DNA from: Spirochaetia bacterium | GTDB lineage: Bacteria > Spirochaetota > Spirochaetia > DSM-2461 | DNA: 64,000 nucleotides | Direction of reading: 5' to 3' | NCBI GenBank assembly: GCA_963666985.2 | Contig: CAXXIA010000002.1 | Coordinates: 800,001-864,000, forward strand | Part shown: positions 1 to 10,116 of the stretch, piece after piece | Layout: every line of letters begins with the position of its first letter | Position numbering within the stretch: the first letter of the stretch is position 1 | The notes under the pieces: generated by a model | What the model was told of the DNA's origin: nothing | Seen by the model: the letters and a program-made list of their open reading frames with translations, nothing else | Databases searched by the model: none | Program-made: the position numbers and the translations under genes

Positions 1-651
1 TCTTCTATCATCGAGACTCCGCAGTACGGCAAACGGTACCGATGTCGGTCCGCCGTTCAGCGTTTCGGCGGAAACGTTCTCCCGAACGGCGGCACCCGCC
101 TTCCCCCAAAGTCGGTCGAGGGCCGCCTCGGCCGTCCGTTTCCGTCCGGCGAGAAAGAAGGCTTTTCCTTTTTTGATAAACGAAGGAGAACCGCCTACCT
201 CCGCATTGTTCCGAAAAACCTCGTCTTCCACGCTGCGAACCCGGCGATCGGCACGGATAAGAACATCCAGAGCCTCTTCCATGCCGTTTCCTACTTCTCG
301 GCCGGATTTCCATTGATCCCATGAAACTCTTCCCAGATCTTCGAGAGTCTGCTCTTCCTTATTCTTGATGTTCCGGAGCTCCACATTCAGCGCTTTGCGT
401 TCCTCGAGAATCTCAGTCCTCTTATCTTCGGAGACATGCAGACTTCGAAAAGACTCTTCCAAATCTCGGATTTCCGAAAAAATCCGATCAACGGCCTCTC
501 CCGCCTCCGCCGAAGGACCGTCTTTCGCGATACCGCTTTTCCGAACGGCCTGTCCGAGGTTCGCCAGAACCACACATTCCCGTTCCCTTTCCGCCGCGAT
601 CGTATCGTTAAGGGCCTTCATTCTCATCTCAAGGTTTTTTTTATCGCTCAT
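1..651 (-). CDS. Hypothetical coiled-coil-rich protein, truncated at the left window edge
   Basis: Manual translation from ATG at 651 (MSDKKNLEMRMKALNDTIAAERERE...) stays open to position 1; starts 2 nt after the OmpA stop; E/K/R-rich helical composition. Confidence 0.7.
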   Translation of the reverse strand, partial: MSDKKNLEMRMKALNDTIAAERERECVVLANLGQAVRKSGIAKDGPSAEAGEAVDRIFSEIRDLEESFRSLHVSEDKRTEILEERKALNVELRNIKNKEEQTLEDLGRVSWDQWKSGREVGNGMEEALDVLIRADRRVRSVEDEVFRNNAEVGGSPSFIKKGKAFFLAGRKRTAEAALDRLWGKAGAAVRENVSAETLNGGPTSVPFAVLRSLDDRR

Positions 652-652
652 A

Positions 653-1876
653 TCAATTCTCCAGAATGATGATTTCGACACGGCGGTTCCGACGCCGGCC
701 TTCTTCCGTGGAATTATCTCCTACGGGTTCCGTATTCCCTTTTCCTCGAATCATAACCTGAGAGGCATTTCGAATACCGTTCTCAATGAAATACCCCGCA
801 ACCGTTTCCGCCCTCATCTCCGAAAGGCGTATCCCGTCTCCGTATCCGGGAACCTTGGCCGTATGCCCCACAACGAGAATATCCCTCTCGGGGTATTTCT
901 TCAGAATCCCGGCGATACGATCCAGTACGGATTCCTGCCCCGGAAGCATCTCGGCCCGATCCGGGACGAAATGAATATTCTCGAGCGAAACACTGACGCC
1001 TTCGTCAACGGATTCGGCACTGATGTTCTCATCGGAGAGCTCCTCGATTTCTTCCACCAGAGCGTCTCTGTCCATGGGCTCCGCATACACCGCCTTTCCA
1101 ACCGAAGATCCCCGAAACGTATAGGCATGCCCGTCGTTCATGGTGCATGTATAAGAAAACATTCCCTCTTCCGCATAGTTCCGGCCGGTTTGGGCATCCC
1201 AGTAAACTTCCTGTTCAAAAACCCCGGCGATTTCCACGGGATACAAATCATAGGAATCCCATCCGTCCGTATCATCGGGATGCCAGGAAAAACCGTAGCC
1301 GACGGAAACCTCATGGAGCCTTTTGCCGTCCTTCTCCACCGGTCCCATGTAATGATAATCAGCATCAAAAGGAATTTTAAGAATCTCGGGAATCCCGAAG
1401 CCGACTGTAAGATCGAAAACCTCCGTACCCGGAGCCGTCCAGGATTCACCCGGCCGAAGAGGATAACCCGGGAAAACCGGAACATCTCGAACCATGGGCA
1501 CCGCCGCGTCCGAAGGCAGTTCGTCGAGATAGCCTAAAATATCGCGGCGATATTGGGTTTCGTACTCCTCGCTCCAGGCGTAAACATCGGAATCATCGGA
1601 TTTCTCGGCAATCTGGTATCGGTTCCAAAGCAGACCGTCATCACCTTCGCCTTCCCGAATTTCCACCGATATTTTATTGAGAATTTCCGTACCGTACTGA
1701 AACTCACCGTCGACAAACACCTCTTCCTCAACGGTACTGGTAACGTGCCATTGATCCCCTTCCTTATGCCGGTATCGGAAAACTTCCTGGGCGCAAAGAC
1801 CTTCGGCAAGACAAAGGGCGAGAATAAAGGCTCCGAACCGAAAAGCGGCCGTTCCTTTCGGAATGAACATATCCAT
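653..1876 (-). CDS. OmpA/MotB-family peptidoglycan-binding protein with signal peptide
   Basis: N-terminal signal-like segment; C-terminal OmpA_C motifs ENIHF, VVGHTA, LSEMRAETV, GRRRNRRVEI. Confidence 0.9.
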   Translation of the reverse strand: MDMFIPKGTAAFRFGAFILALCLAEGLCAQEVFRYRHKEGDQWHVTSTVEEEVFVDGEFQYGTEILNKISVEIREGEGDDGLLWNRYQIAEKSDDSDVYAWSEEYETQYRRDILGYLDELPSDAAVPMVRDVPVFPGYPLRPGESWTAPGTEVFDLTVGFGIPEILKIPFDADYHYMGPVEKDGKRLHEVSVGYGFSWHPDDTDGWDSYDLYPVEIAGVFEQEVYWDAQTGRNYAEEGMFSYTCTMNDGHAYTFRGSSVGKAVYAEPMDRDALVEEIEELSDENISAESVDEGVSVSLENIHFVPDRAEMLPGQESVLDRIAGILKKYPERDILVVGHTAKVPGYGDGIRLSEMRAETVAGYFIENGIRNASQVMIRGKGNTEPVGDNSTEEGRRRNRRVEIIILEN

Positions 1877-1901
1877 AGTATAAAACCCCCGGAAGACCTC
1901 G

Positions 1902-2873
1902 TCAGGTAACCAGACCGAGAATCACTGAAATCAAAGCCGTATTCAGCACAAAACCCAAAAGAAGGGCAAGAGCTGCGCCGAACTCGGCAAAAAGGGCCCG
2001 ACGGCGGCAGGATCGGATCAAAGGAACCGTATCTCGGGGCAATTCATTACCCCATTGTGTCATTTCTTCACCGACGTCCCCGGCCCGAAGAAAAGCGATC
2101 AGTCCGAGTAAATCACTTTCGGCACGCAGGAAGCGGGCTCGGCGCCAATTGAACAAATAGATAAAGGAAAACAACAATCCCGGCGGCAGGAGAGGAATAA
2201 CCGGTGCGAAAGCCGATACGAGAAGGATTCGGGCCGTCCATGAAAACGGCGAACCGATAAATTCCGAGATGGACATCAGAAAAAGAGTCATGGATCCGGT
2301 CATAACAGTCCAGGGCGTTAGAGGATTCCAATATGCATGCTTTTGCCGTCCGGCCCATACGGCTCTGGGAACAATATCATCGCCGTCGAAAAGCAGCATC
2401 AAAAGCGGTACATCCCGGCTTCCGTAAAGTCTGAGCATTCCGTCTCTGATTTCCAGAAACCCGACGACATAAACACGAGAACCTTCCTGGAGGGAAGTAA
2501 TACGCTTCCATGGGAGAGGGCGGGGATGATCTTCCGGAAATTTTTCTTCAAGAAGAGTCCGGAAATCGGGGATTTCGGAACCTTCGGAAGGAAGAACATA
2601 AATCTTGGCGCCTTCCATAGCGGCTCTGACGGTTACTCCCTCTCCGCGAATCCATAGGGAATCATCCCCCTGCAGAGCCTCGATTCTGCCGATGAAATAA
2701 TGCGGCCCGAGAGGGCCGTCTTTCTCGCCGTATTGAAATGAAACGCAGGGATAGAGCGCGGATTTCCGTATTCGATTCCTGAATTCACGCCATCCGGAAC
2801 GGACCTTAAGACTTCCAAGGCCGGGAAGGAGAACAAACATGATGAAAACGATGAGCGCCCCAATAGAGAGCAT
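1902..2873 (-). CDS. Hypothetical membrane protein
   Basis: 323-aa ORF with one N-terminal and about three C-terminal hydrophobic helices; tightly packed with neighbours. Confidence 0.75.
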   Translation of the reverse strand: MLSIGALIVFIMFVLLPGLGSLKVRSGWREFRNRIRKSALYPCVSFQYGEKDGPLGPHYFIGRIEALQGDDSLWIRGEGVTVRAAMEGAKIYVLPSEGSEIPDFRTLLEEKFPEDHPRPLPWKRITSLQEGSRVYVVGFLEIRDGMLRLYGSRDVPLLMLLFDGDDIVPRAVWAGRQKHAYWNPLTPWTVMTGSMTLFLMSISEFIGSPFSWTARILLVSAFAPVIPLLPPGLLFSFIYLFNWRRARFLRAESDLLGLIAFLRAGDVGEEMTQWGNELPRDTVPLIRSCRRRALFAEFGAALALLLGFVLNTALISVILGLVT

Positions 2874-2881
2874 GTCTTCGA

Positions 2882-3274
2882 TTATACGGCAATATCGAAA
2901 ACCATACCCGCCGCGGCCGTACCGCCGAGCGTTCCGAAGGATTCGGGCATGGATTTCATGACTTGATGCAGTTCCGCCGCGTATTGATTGATTAAAGAAT
3001 CGGTCCGTTCGGGAGAAGAATCGGAGGTATGGACGACATTATAGGCCGCATCGGACTTCATCTTCTGAAGATTGCTGATAAGACTGTTGAGAAGCTGAAT
3101 TCTTGTAATGGGAACGGTCCGCTGACCCGAAGCGGCCGCGGTACCGAAAATATGACGATACTGCGAAAAAACAATCTGAGAAGGACGAACCGGGACGGAA
3201 ACACGATGCCCGGAATCGGTAACTCGGGCAATTTGCAAAGAAGAAATAGAACCAGCAGCCCCGCCGATACTCAT
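2882..3274 (-). CDS. Hypothetical protein
   Basis: 130-aa ORF with GGAGG RBS upstream; ends 8 nt before the next gene. Confidence 0.7.
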   Translation of the reverse strand: MSIGGAAGSISSLQIARVTDSGHRVSVPVRPSQIVFSQYRHIFGTAAASGQRTVPITRIQLLNSLISNLQKMKSDAAYNVVHTSDSSPERTDSLINQYAAELHQVMKSMPESFGTLGGTAAAGMVFDIAV

Positions 3275-3461
3275 TCAGTCAGCCTCCATTTACATTATCG
3301 GCCGAATAATGAAGGCAATTAACAAGCATTAGCCCGGTTTACAAAGACCTGCCGCGGCAAACGATTGAGCGGGCTCAAAGAGCTTTTTAAGGCGAAACGA
3401 CAAACCTGTTTTGAAAGAGTTTCAATTAACTTCGGGATTCGACCGGGATGGGATGAGACGG

Positions 3462-3818
3462 TTACCGGGGACGGCGCTCCGACGATGATTTGCAGTCGAT
3501 GCACATCACCGAATAAGGAATGGCTTCAAGTCTTGCTTCGCCGATCTTCTTACCGCAGCTCGCACAGAATCCGAATTTCCCGTTCTCGAGCCTTACAAGA
3601 GCCGCCTCAATCTGCTGAAGTCGAATTTTATCTTTGGTTCCCACGGCCTCAAGGGTTCTGGCATCGATATCGTTGGAGGCTATGTCGGCAAGATCCTTCA
3701 CCCCGATATCCTCAACGGCGGCCCTGAAATCGTTATTCTCGGCAATAAGCGATTCAAGCACCTCCGATTTGAGTTCCAGCAATTTAGACCGCATCCGATC
3801 CTTGAAGGTGTTATCCAT
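3462..3818 (-). CDS. dksA: DksA/TraR family C4 zinc-finger RNA polymerase-binding regulator
   Basis: Coiled coil with DxxDxA tip (DLADIA); CASC...RLEAIP...CIDC zinc finger. Confidence 0.88.
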   Translation of the reverse strand: MDNTFKDRMRSKLLELKSEVLESLIAENNDFRAAVEDIGVKDLADIASNDIDARTLEAVGTKDKIRLQQIEAALVRLENGKFGFCASCGKKIGEARLEAIPYSVMCIDCKSSSERRPR

Positions 3819-3995
3819 TATAACTCCAGTATGAAAAACGGAGGTAATCTGACCGATAGGCGGCTATTTGTCAAGAAGAAAACCTCCATCTCCATCCATA
3901 TGGAGTTATATCGGACGCAGCCGCGGCGGTCTTGACGAGTATGTGTCCCGTAAAATAATATACGGACGGCAATAAGCCGGGATGGAGGACCTTTT

Positions 3996-4211
3996 TTGAA
4001 GGAAGAGGCCATAGAGGTTGAGGGCATTGTAAAAGAATCTCTGCCCAATACAATGTTTCGAGTAGAATTAAAAGCCGGGCATCTCATCCTGGCCCACCTT
4101 TCCGGGAAAATGCGGAAGCATTACATTCGTATCGTTCCCGGCGATCGTGTCCGCGTCGCCCTATCACCCTATGATCTGACCCGAGGCCGTATCATCTATC
4201 GGGAACGCTGA
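3996..4211 (+). CDS. infA: Translation initiation factor IF-1
   Basis: [41 protein letters not shown] start after GGAGG RBS. Confidence 0.98.
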   Translation: MKEEAIEVEGIVKESLPNTMFRVELKAGHLILAHLSGKMRKHYIRIVPGDRVRVALSPYDLTRGRIIYRER

Positions 4212-4726
4212 CGCAAGATAAACCAGGTTGCTCCGGAACCGCCGTCTTTCCGTGCGGCGTGTCCGAATTCACCGATATCCAAAGAAGATTCCAGAAACGA
4301 TCTCACCAAAGGACCGAGGATTGAGCCTTCGGCCGAATGCAGTCCTTTTCCGTGGATAATCATTCCTTTTCTCAAACCCCGCCGTCTTAAAGAACGGACA
4401 AACCGCGCCAATTCCGCTTGGGCTTCCTTGCCGCTCAAACCATGCAGATCCAGGGTGTCCTGATGAGGACGCCTGAGCCAGATCGAACGTCCCCCGGCCG
4501 TCGGCGGCCTTTCCTCAACGGCCTTGCCGTCCACGATTTCGGCGTTCGGCGGATACAAATCAAGCCAATCGGTATCGAAAGGCTCACCCGGAACGGCCTC
4601 TTCCGAAGCATTGTTTTCTTCTCTTCGCCGATTACCCGAAGAACGGCCGGGAGCGTTCTTTTTACCGGCCGACCGTTTCTTCGTTTCTCTTCGCTCCCAT
4701 TGTTCCAGAACCTCATCAAAATCCAT
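4196..4726 (-). CDS. Smr/MutS2 C-terminal domain protein
   Basis: [16 protein letters not shown] and DGGSGATW Smr motifs. Confidence 0.92.
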   Translation of the reverse strand: MDFDEVLEQWERRETKKRSAGKKNAPGRSSGNRRREENNASEEAVPGEPFDTDWLDLYPPNAEIVDGKAVEERPPTAGGRSIWLRRPHQDTLDLHGLSGKEAQAELARFVRSLRRRGLRKGMIIHGKGLHSAEGSILGPLVRSFLESSLDIGEFGHAARKDGGSGATWFILRQRSR

Positions 4727-6740
4727 CGGCGGTCTCTTGAATCAACAGAAGCGATGATTGGGGAAGCCATCCTTCGAGCCCGTATCCGGTAAGAACCAAA
4801 CAATCGGTCCCTTCGACGGCGGTGACTTCAACGGCGGTTCCGGAGGGAAGCTTTATCCAATCGGTCGCCAGAGGACCCGGGATTTTCCTTAAGGGTTCCG
4901 CATCCGCTCCGACCACGGCCGTGGGTTCGTCCCACCGGACTTCCGTAAAGGCCACGGCGGAGCCGGATGCGGCGGCGAAGATCAGGGCCGAAACGAAAAG
5001 AATCACCTCCCGCGCATCCCTTTTATACATAATGAGGGTAAGCGCCAGAAAAAAGAGGTTGGACGCCAGAATCCACAGACCGAAAGGAATCGACGGAGAC
5101 CATCGCGGAGAAACGGGCACCTGGTCGGATAATCCTTCACGCTCTTCTATGAAGAAAAGGGTATTCGCGAAACGGCGGGAACCGGGCCTGAGATACATGG
5201 CCCTCCTTAAGTATGAGACGGCAAGATCCGTTCTGCCCAGTTCGTTTTCCACAATGGCCGCGTCGTGAAGCAATCCGGGAAGTTCGCCGTAAGTCTCTCT
5301 TAAGCGGAAATAGATTTCTTCGGCGAGGTCCCAATTTCCTTCACGGGCCGATTGAACCGCGAAATCCGCCGAGGATGCCGCCTCGGGACCAATGTTCGAT
5401 GAAGAAAGCAGCAGCGGCAGGACAAGAGCCGCGGTCAGACTCCGCAATCCGGGACGCTTAACGAAGAAAAACACAACAAAGAAAATGAACCCCGGGAGAG
5501 TAAGCAAATAAAAATAACTCGTCCGTCCGTTGAAAATCGCGGTTTTATATCGGAAAAGATCACTGCCGAGAAGAAATGAAGCGGCGCTTTTTTCCGGAGT
5601 TCCGGACGATTCCGATACGCCGACGGTTCCCTTTTTTGCCTCAATACGCCGAATTTTGCCGTCCGTTCCGGGCTCAACCCAATACCAGCCGGGTATCCGG
5701 ACGGCAAGATCGCCGGCGCGCTCAATCTGAAAATCGAAACGCTCTTCCCGCCAGCCTTCATACCCGCTGGGTCCCGGAATATAGGAAGAAGAAGATCCGC
5801 TGCCGACAAGCGAGGCACCGTCCATCTCGGGTACGGGGGCTTTCAGCACATTGATATTGCCTTCCCCTTCAATGCGGACTCTCACCGAAATAAGATCACC
5901 GACACTGTAGGGCCCCTCATCCCACTCGGAACCGACGCGAAACGACCCTACGGCGCCCGAATCGCGAATCGCCTCGGGAAGAGGCCTTACATTCACACTA
6001 AAGGAGGGCACCGTGCGAACCAGCCCGGATACATTGATACGGGCCGACGGAAAAATATAATCCCCGGGTTCGGTTAAAGTCCAAATCCAAGAACCTACGG
6101 GCACATCATAGAGCACATCATCCCCATAAGGATGCGTAATAATACCTCCGAGACCCGGAGCTTCTTCCACCAATCCTTCGGGTGCGTTCTGAAGAGAAAC
6201 GGAATTCCCCAGCGCCAAGGATTCCAGATTGCGTGCTTCAAGAATAACGGGAACCGCCTGACCGGCCCAAACGGATTCGGGCGTCGGGCGCCGGCCGGCA
6301 AATACAGGATAGGAAAAACCATCCTCGTCCCGATCCAAGCCGATGATCTCCTTTGGCTCGGTAACAACCTCATACATACCGGAACGAATAACGAATCCGT
6401 CGATAAGATGAAATCCCGGCTCGTCGACCCGTATGGAAGCCACCGCTTCCACGAGTCTCGTATAACTCCCATCAAGATTTTCAACCGACCATGGACGGAT
6501 GTAAGGCATGGAGAGCCAGACAATCGAACCGAAGAGTTCCGGCTCTACAATCTCAACATCCGCTCCCCAGGGAATCATCGTTCTCACTCGAAGAGTAACG
6601 CTCCTCCCGCGGATTACCGTACCGGGATCAACTTCCAGAGTTGCCGTCTCGGCCGCCGCAGCACGAAAAAACGACGCGGCGAACAGGAAGACTACCAGTC
6701 CTCGGCGAATCCGCCGTCGTCCGATTCTTCGGTTGACCAT
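4716..6740 (-). CDS. batD: BatD-family protein with fused C-terminal TPR/TM/SH3-like (BatE-like) region
   Basis: Signal peptide; BatD-like beta repeats (GAVGSF..., RIEGEGNI); TM helix, TPR-like helices and a terminal GLEGWLP SH3-like segment; position in bat operon. Confidence 0.75.
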   Translation of the reverse strand: MVNRRIGRRRIRRGLVVFLFAASFFRAAAAETATLEVDPGTVIRGRSVTLRVRTMIPWGADVEIVEPELFGSIVWLSMPYIRPWSVENLDGSYTRLVEAVASIRVDEPGFHLIDGFVIRSGMYEVVTEPKEIIGLDRDEDGFSYPVFAGRRPTPESVWAGQAVPVILEARNLESLALGNSVSLQNAPEGLVEEAPGLGGIITHPYGDDVLYDVPVGSWIWTLTEPGDYIFPSARINVSGLVRTVPSFSVNVRPLPEAIRDSGAVGSFRVGSEWDEGPYSVGDLISVRVRIEGEGNINVLKAPVPEMDGASLVGSGSSSSYIPGPSGYEGWREERFDFQIERAGDLAVRIPGWYWVEPGTDGKIRRIEAKKGTVGVSESSGTPEKSAASFLLGSDLFRYKTAIFNGRTSYFYLLTLPGFIFFVVFFFVKRPGLRSLTAALVLPLLLSSSNIGPEAASSADFAVQSAREGNWDLAEEIYFRLRETYGELPGLLHDAAIVENELGRTDLAVSYLRRAMYLRPGSRRFANTLFFIEEREGLSDQVPVSPRWSPSIPFGLWILASNLFFLALTLIMYKRDAREVILFVSALIFAAASGSAVAFTEVRWDEPTAVVGADAEPLRKIPGPLATDWIKLPSGTAVEVTAVEGTDCLVLTGYGLEGWLPQSSLLLIQETADGF

Positions 6741-7303
6741 GCGTCGGCCTCCTTTCTCCTGACATAATCGAGCAGACGCTTGCTGTCGTCGTCGATTTCT
6801 TCCCCGACATTCTCCACTTCACCGCCTTCGCCCCGGCCCTCGCCGGGGATTTCACTGCGAACACGGGAAAGGGCGTCCTCAAGATTAATCTTGGCGTCAA
6901 TATCCGAAGGGTTGATGGATAAAGCCCTTCTGAATTCGCGATAAGCTTCGTCGTACCGGCCCCAGTTGTAATACAGAACACCCCGGTTGAATGCAACGCG
7001 GAAAAGGATATCGGTATCATCCGTCAAACTCTCGGCCATGGCCCAGGCCTTAAGGGCGGCATCTCCCTCTCCCAGGGCGTAATAAACATTGGCCAGATTA
7101 TAATTCACCGCATCGCGGCCGATGCCCGTTTCATCGTCGGCATCGAGGTATCGTAAAATCGCTTTCTGATACTGCCCGCGGCCGTAGGCCATGTTACCGG
7201 AAAGCACCCTGCCGGAAGGTCCGGCATCCCGGCAGGAAAGAAACGGCAAGGAAGCCGCAAGGGCGGCCAAAACGATACAAGAAGTCTTTATGTTCGACGC
7301 CAT
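6692..7303 (-). CDS. batC: BatC-like TPR lipoprotein
   Basis: Lipobox-like FLSC; TPR repeats (YNLANVYY, FNRGVLYY, DAKINLE); acidic tail ending in DW. Confidence 0.75.
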   Translation of the reverse strand: MASNIKTSCIVLAALAASLPFLSCRDAGPSGRVLSGNMAYGRGQYQKAILRYLDADDETGIGRDAVNYNLANVYYALGEGDAALKAWAMAESLTDDTDILFRVAFNRGVLYYNWGRYDEAYREFRRALSINPSDIDAKINLEDALSRVRSEIPGEGRGEGGEVENVGEEIDDDSKRLLDYVRRKEADAWSTEESDDGGFAEDW

Positions 7304-8256
7304 GGGAAAATCCTTGCAATCAAATACGAAAGCCAGAAGAACAGCGCCGGAATAAGAAATGTGCGGTAGAGTCCTCTGCCGATAAAGCGGATCCCCCGGC
7401 TTTCCGAGAATTTTCGATCATCATCGATGGCCGATATCAGTTCGGCCGTTGCTCCGGGACGGGAAAGGAGATGAAAAGAACCTCCCGTCTCTTCGGATAA
7501 TCGCTTCAATTCTTCGGTTTCGGCTCGGCTCACCACCGGCCTGCCGGAAGAATCCTTAACATAAGAACCGTCTCCCAAAGGGATGGTCGTGCCTTCCGCC
7601 GTTCCCGCGATAAGTACATGAACGGGGATTCCGGACTCCGCCAGTTCTCTTCGGATTCCATCCGTCCGGCCGGTAAGCGATTCCCCGTCACTGACGATAA
7701 CCAAAGCGCGGTTGCGTCCCTCTCCCGGAGGGAAGGTCTCCATAGCCGTTTTAAGCGCCGATTCAACATCGGTTCCGCTTTCGGTGGACAATCCCGGCCC
7801 AAGACGCTCCATCCACAGATCAAGAACAACCCGATCTTCGGTCATGGGAACCAAAAGCCTCGCATCGCCTTTGAAGGGCACCAGGGAAAAGCGGGCATTA
7901 TCCAATCCTTTGACAATCTGCCTGAGGGAGAGCACGGATTTTTCCAGACGGCTGGGTTCCAAGTCCCGGGCAAGCATGCTTCTCGAAACATCGAAGGCAA
8001 CCGCGACGTCCAGCCCTTTCAGTTCTCCGGTAACGGGCATTCTTCCGTTTTTAGGATCCGCGGCCGCCAGCACCGATAAGATGAAAAAGACGGTCATCGA
8101 GAAATCCCGCAGAAACGCGCGAACCTGCCATTCGATACCGCCCCGCGTCATCCCTGCGATCTTTTTCCGGGCACGAAGAGCCGAAACCAGGGCCGCCGTA
8201 ACGGCCAGAGGGACCAAAAGGAGTCCCCAGAGTGTCGACGGATAGCCCCAAATCAC
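7288..8256 (-). CDS. batB: BatB-like VWA domain membrane protein
   Basis: MIDAS motif DVSRSM, SDGE, GTAEGTTIP; N- and C-terminal TM segments. Confidence 0.85.
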   Translation of the reverse strand: MIWGYPSTLWGLLLVPLAVTAALVSALRARKKIAGMTRGGIEWQVRAFLRDFSMTVFFILSVLAAADPKNGRMPVTGELKGLDVAVAFDVSRSMLARDLEPSRLEKSVLSLRQIVKGLDNARFSLVPFKGDARLLVPMTEDRVVLDLWMERLGPGLSTESGTDVESALKTAMETFPPGEGRNRALVIVSDGESLTGRTDGIRRELAESGIPVHVLIAGTAEGTTIPLGDGSYVKDSSGRPVVSRAETEELKRLSEETGGSFHLLSRPGATAELISAIDDDRKFSESRGIRFIGRGLYRTFLIPALFFWLSYLIARIFPWRRT

Positions 8257-9254
8257 GGTATTTCCCCCATGATGAGTTTGCGAACCAGATAGGAGAATAA
8301 AGCCAGAACGGCCGCGGCGATCACGAAGGGCCGATGCATCGGCCGCGTCGTTACTCGGACACTCACCCTCCGTTCAATGGTTTCCAAAGAATCCACCGCT
8401 TGGAAAACGGTCTCCAACGCGCCGGGGCTGTTGGCCCTCCAATAACCGCCGCCGGTAACCTCGGCTAAAGCGCGAAGCTCTTTTTCATCGAAATCCGTAA
8501 CAATCGTTCCGCGGGTAATGACTCCGGTTTCCGGATCGACCAGTTTTATGGGATTTTCTCCCTCGCTGCCTATGCCGATGGAATAAATACGGATATTCCG
8601 CTCCGCGGCCAGCTTCGCCGCCGTGTCCGGCCGAATCTCTCCGGCATTATCATCACCGTCGGTTAAAAGAAGAATGATTTTATCGGGGGCGGTTGATTCG
8701 GCCAGGTGCAGCGCCGCCACCGCCAGCCCCATGCCGACGGCGGTATCGTCGCCCAATTCACGAATTGTCAGCTCATCCAGCCGATCCAGCAGCCAGGCGT
8801 AATCCGCCGTCGGCGGACAGCGGAGAACCGCCTCGCTTCCGAAGGTAACCAGGCCGATGGAATCCCCGGACCGTCCGGAAACGAATCTGTGAATCATCTC
8901 CCGCGCCGTATCGAAACGATTCCCCGGCGGAAAATCACGCGCCGCCATACTGGGCGATTGATCCAGGACAATCATGATATCGATGCCGCGGGTTAAATGA
9001 ACCTCTTCCCGGTTGATGAATTCGGGGCCGGCCAGTGCCGTAATCAGCGAAATCCCCGCGGCCCAGAAAGCCAAATCCGTCAGGAAGACGGCGGCGCGAA
9101 GCCATGTTCGAGGCTGGGTGAATCCGTCTCCTCCCCAAATCCGAAACGGGAAAACGATGCGGCCGCCTCTGTTTCGCCAGAAATACCTTACCCAGATAAG
9201 AATGGGGAAGGCAAGGAAGGCCGCGAACCAGCCGGGATTATTGAAGCTGAACAT
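8253..9254 (-). CDS. batA: BatA-like VWA domain membrane protein
   Basis: Start MFSFNNPG; GIDIMIVLDQSPSM MIDAS, TAVGMGL, LLTDG, IYSIGIG. Confidence 0.88.
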   Translation of the reverse strand: MFSFNNPGWFAAFLAFPILIWVRYFWRNRGGRIVFPFRIWGGDGFTQPRTWLRAAVFLTDLAFWAAGISLITALAGPEFINREEVHLTRGIDIMIVLDQSPSMAARDFPPGNRFDTAREMIHRFVSGRSGDSIGLVTFGSEAVLRCPPTADYAWLLDRLDELTIRELGDDTAVGMGLAVAALHLAESTAPDKIILLLTDGDDNAGEIRPDTAAKLAAERNIRIYSIGIGSEGENPIKLVDPETGVITRGTIVTDFDEKELRALAEVTGGGYWRANSPGALETVFQAVDSLETIERRVSVRVTTRPMHRPFVIAAAVLALFSYLVRKLIMGEIP

Positions 9255-10116
9255 CGATTTTTTCCCAGTCCGCGACGGCAGATTCCACCGAGTCGAGAGT
9301 TCGTGCCAAGGACACATCGTCGGCGAATCTGCCTGCGAATTTCACCATGTCCCCTTCCTTCAGAATATCCAGAAGACGGGCCGCCGGCGTCCCGGCCGCT
9401 CCGAACGAAGGCATTCTGGAAATCTCCGCGGTTGTAAAACTGCGGTAATCTTCCCCCGTTTTCTCGCCGAAATAGATCCGAAGTCCGTCGGTAAGCTCCG
9501 AAAACCAATCGGATGCCGACTCGGACCCGACACCCCCTTTCAGCTTTTTCAGCAGTCTTCGCAAACGGCGCGCGGGACGTCCTATTCGGTAAGCTTCCCT
9601 GGATCGGCCGATCCAATTCCAAATCAGCCGACCCAAAGCGTACAGAAGGAAAGGAGCCATTGCGGCCAAAGAAAGCGCCAAGGCAACGGCCAAACGCGTT
9701 CCCGGAAGAAGAAGCTGCCCTCTCAAATCCCGCACTCCGTCGTAGGAGGCCTCAAGAATCGAATGTGTGGGAACTTTTATATCGCCAAGCTGCATCGTCC
9801 CTAAATCAATAACGGGCAAAGAACGGGTTCCGGCGGCAAAAGGAACAAAATCAATAAAAACCATGAATCCGCCTTCCGCCGGTTCCACGGAAACGGATTT
9901 GATTTCCACCCAATCGGATTCCGGGGGAACTTCGGGAGCCTGAAGCGCTATTTCTTCTTTACTTTCAATGAATATGCCGGCTCTGACGGCATCCCCCACA
10001 TAGAACGAAGGAGGAGAAAACTGGAGTTCCTTGACAAGAGCCTGGGCGCCAAGGCCGCCTGAAACAATCGTGAGCAGAAGGAAGAGAAGGAACGTCCAAA
10101 GAGGTATCGGCCTCAT
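9238..10116 (-). CDS. Bat-operon membrane protein (signal peptide, one TM, C-terminal helical domain)
   Basis: Lies between DUF58 and batA; C-terminal LRIYF...TTAEI...DMVKFA pattern typical of this gene slot. Confidence 0.75.
   Translation of the reverse strand: MRPIPLWTFLLFLLLTIVSGGLGAQALVKELQFSPPSFYVGDAVRAGIFIESKEEIALQAPEVPPESDWVEIKSVSVEPAEGGFMVFIDFVPFAAGTRSLPVIDLGTMQLGDIKVPTHSILEASYDGVRDLRGQLLLPGTRLAVALALSLAAMAPFLLYALGRLIWNWIGRSREAYRIGRPARRLRRLLKKLKGGVGSESASDWFSELTDGLRIYFGEKTGEDYRSFTTAEISRMPSFGAAGTPAARLLDILKEGDMVKFAGRFADDVSLARTLDSVESAVADWEKIDVQLQ

Noticed and set aside
4196..4211. Convergent overlap of infA and the Smr gene
   Set aside because: Short 16-bp 3' overlaps are common and carry no clear signal
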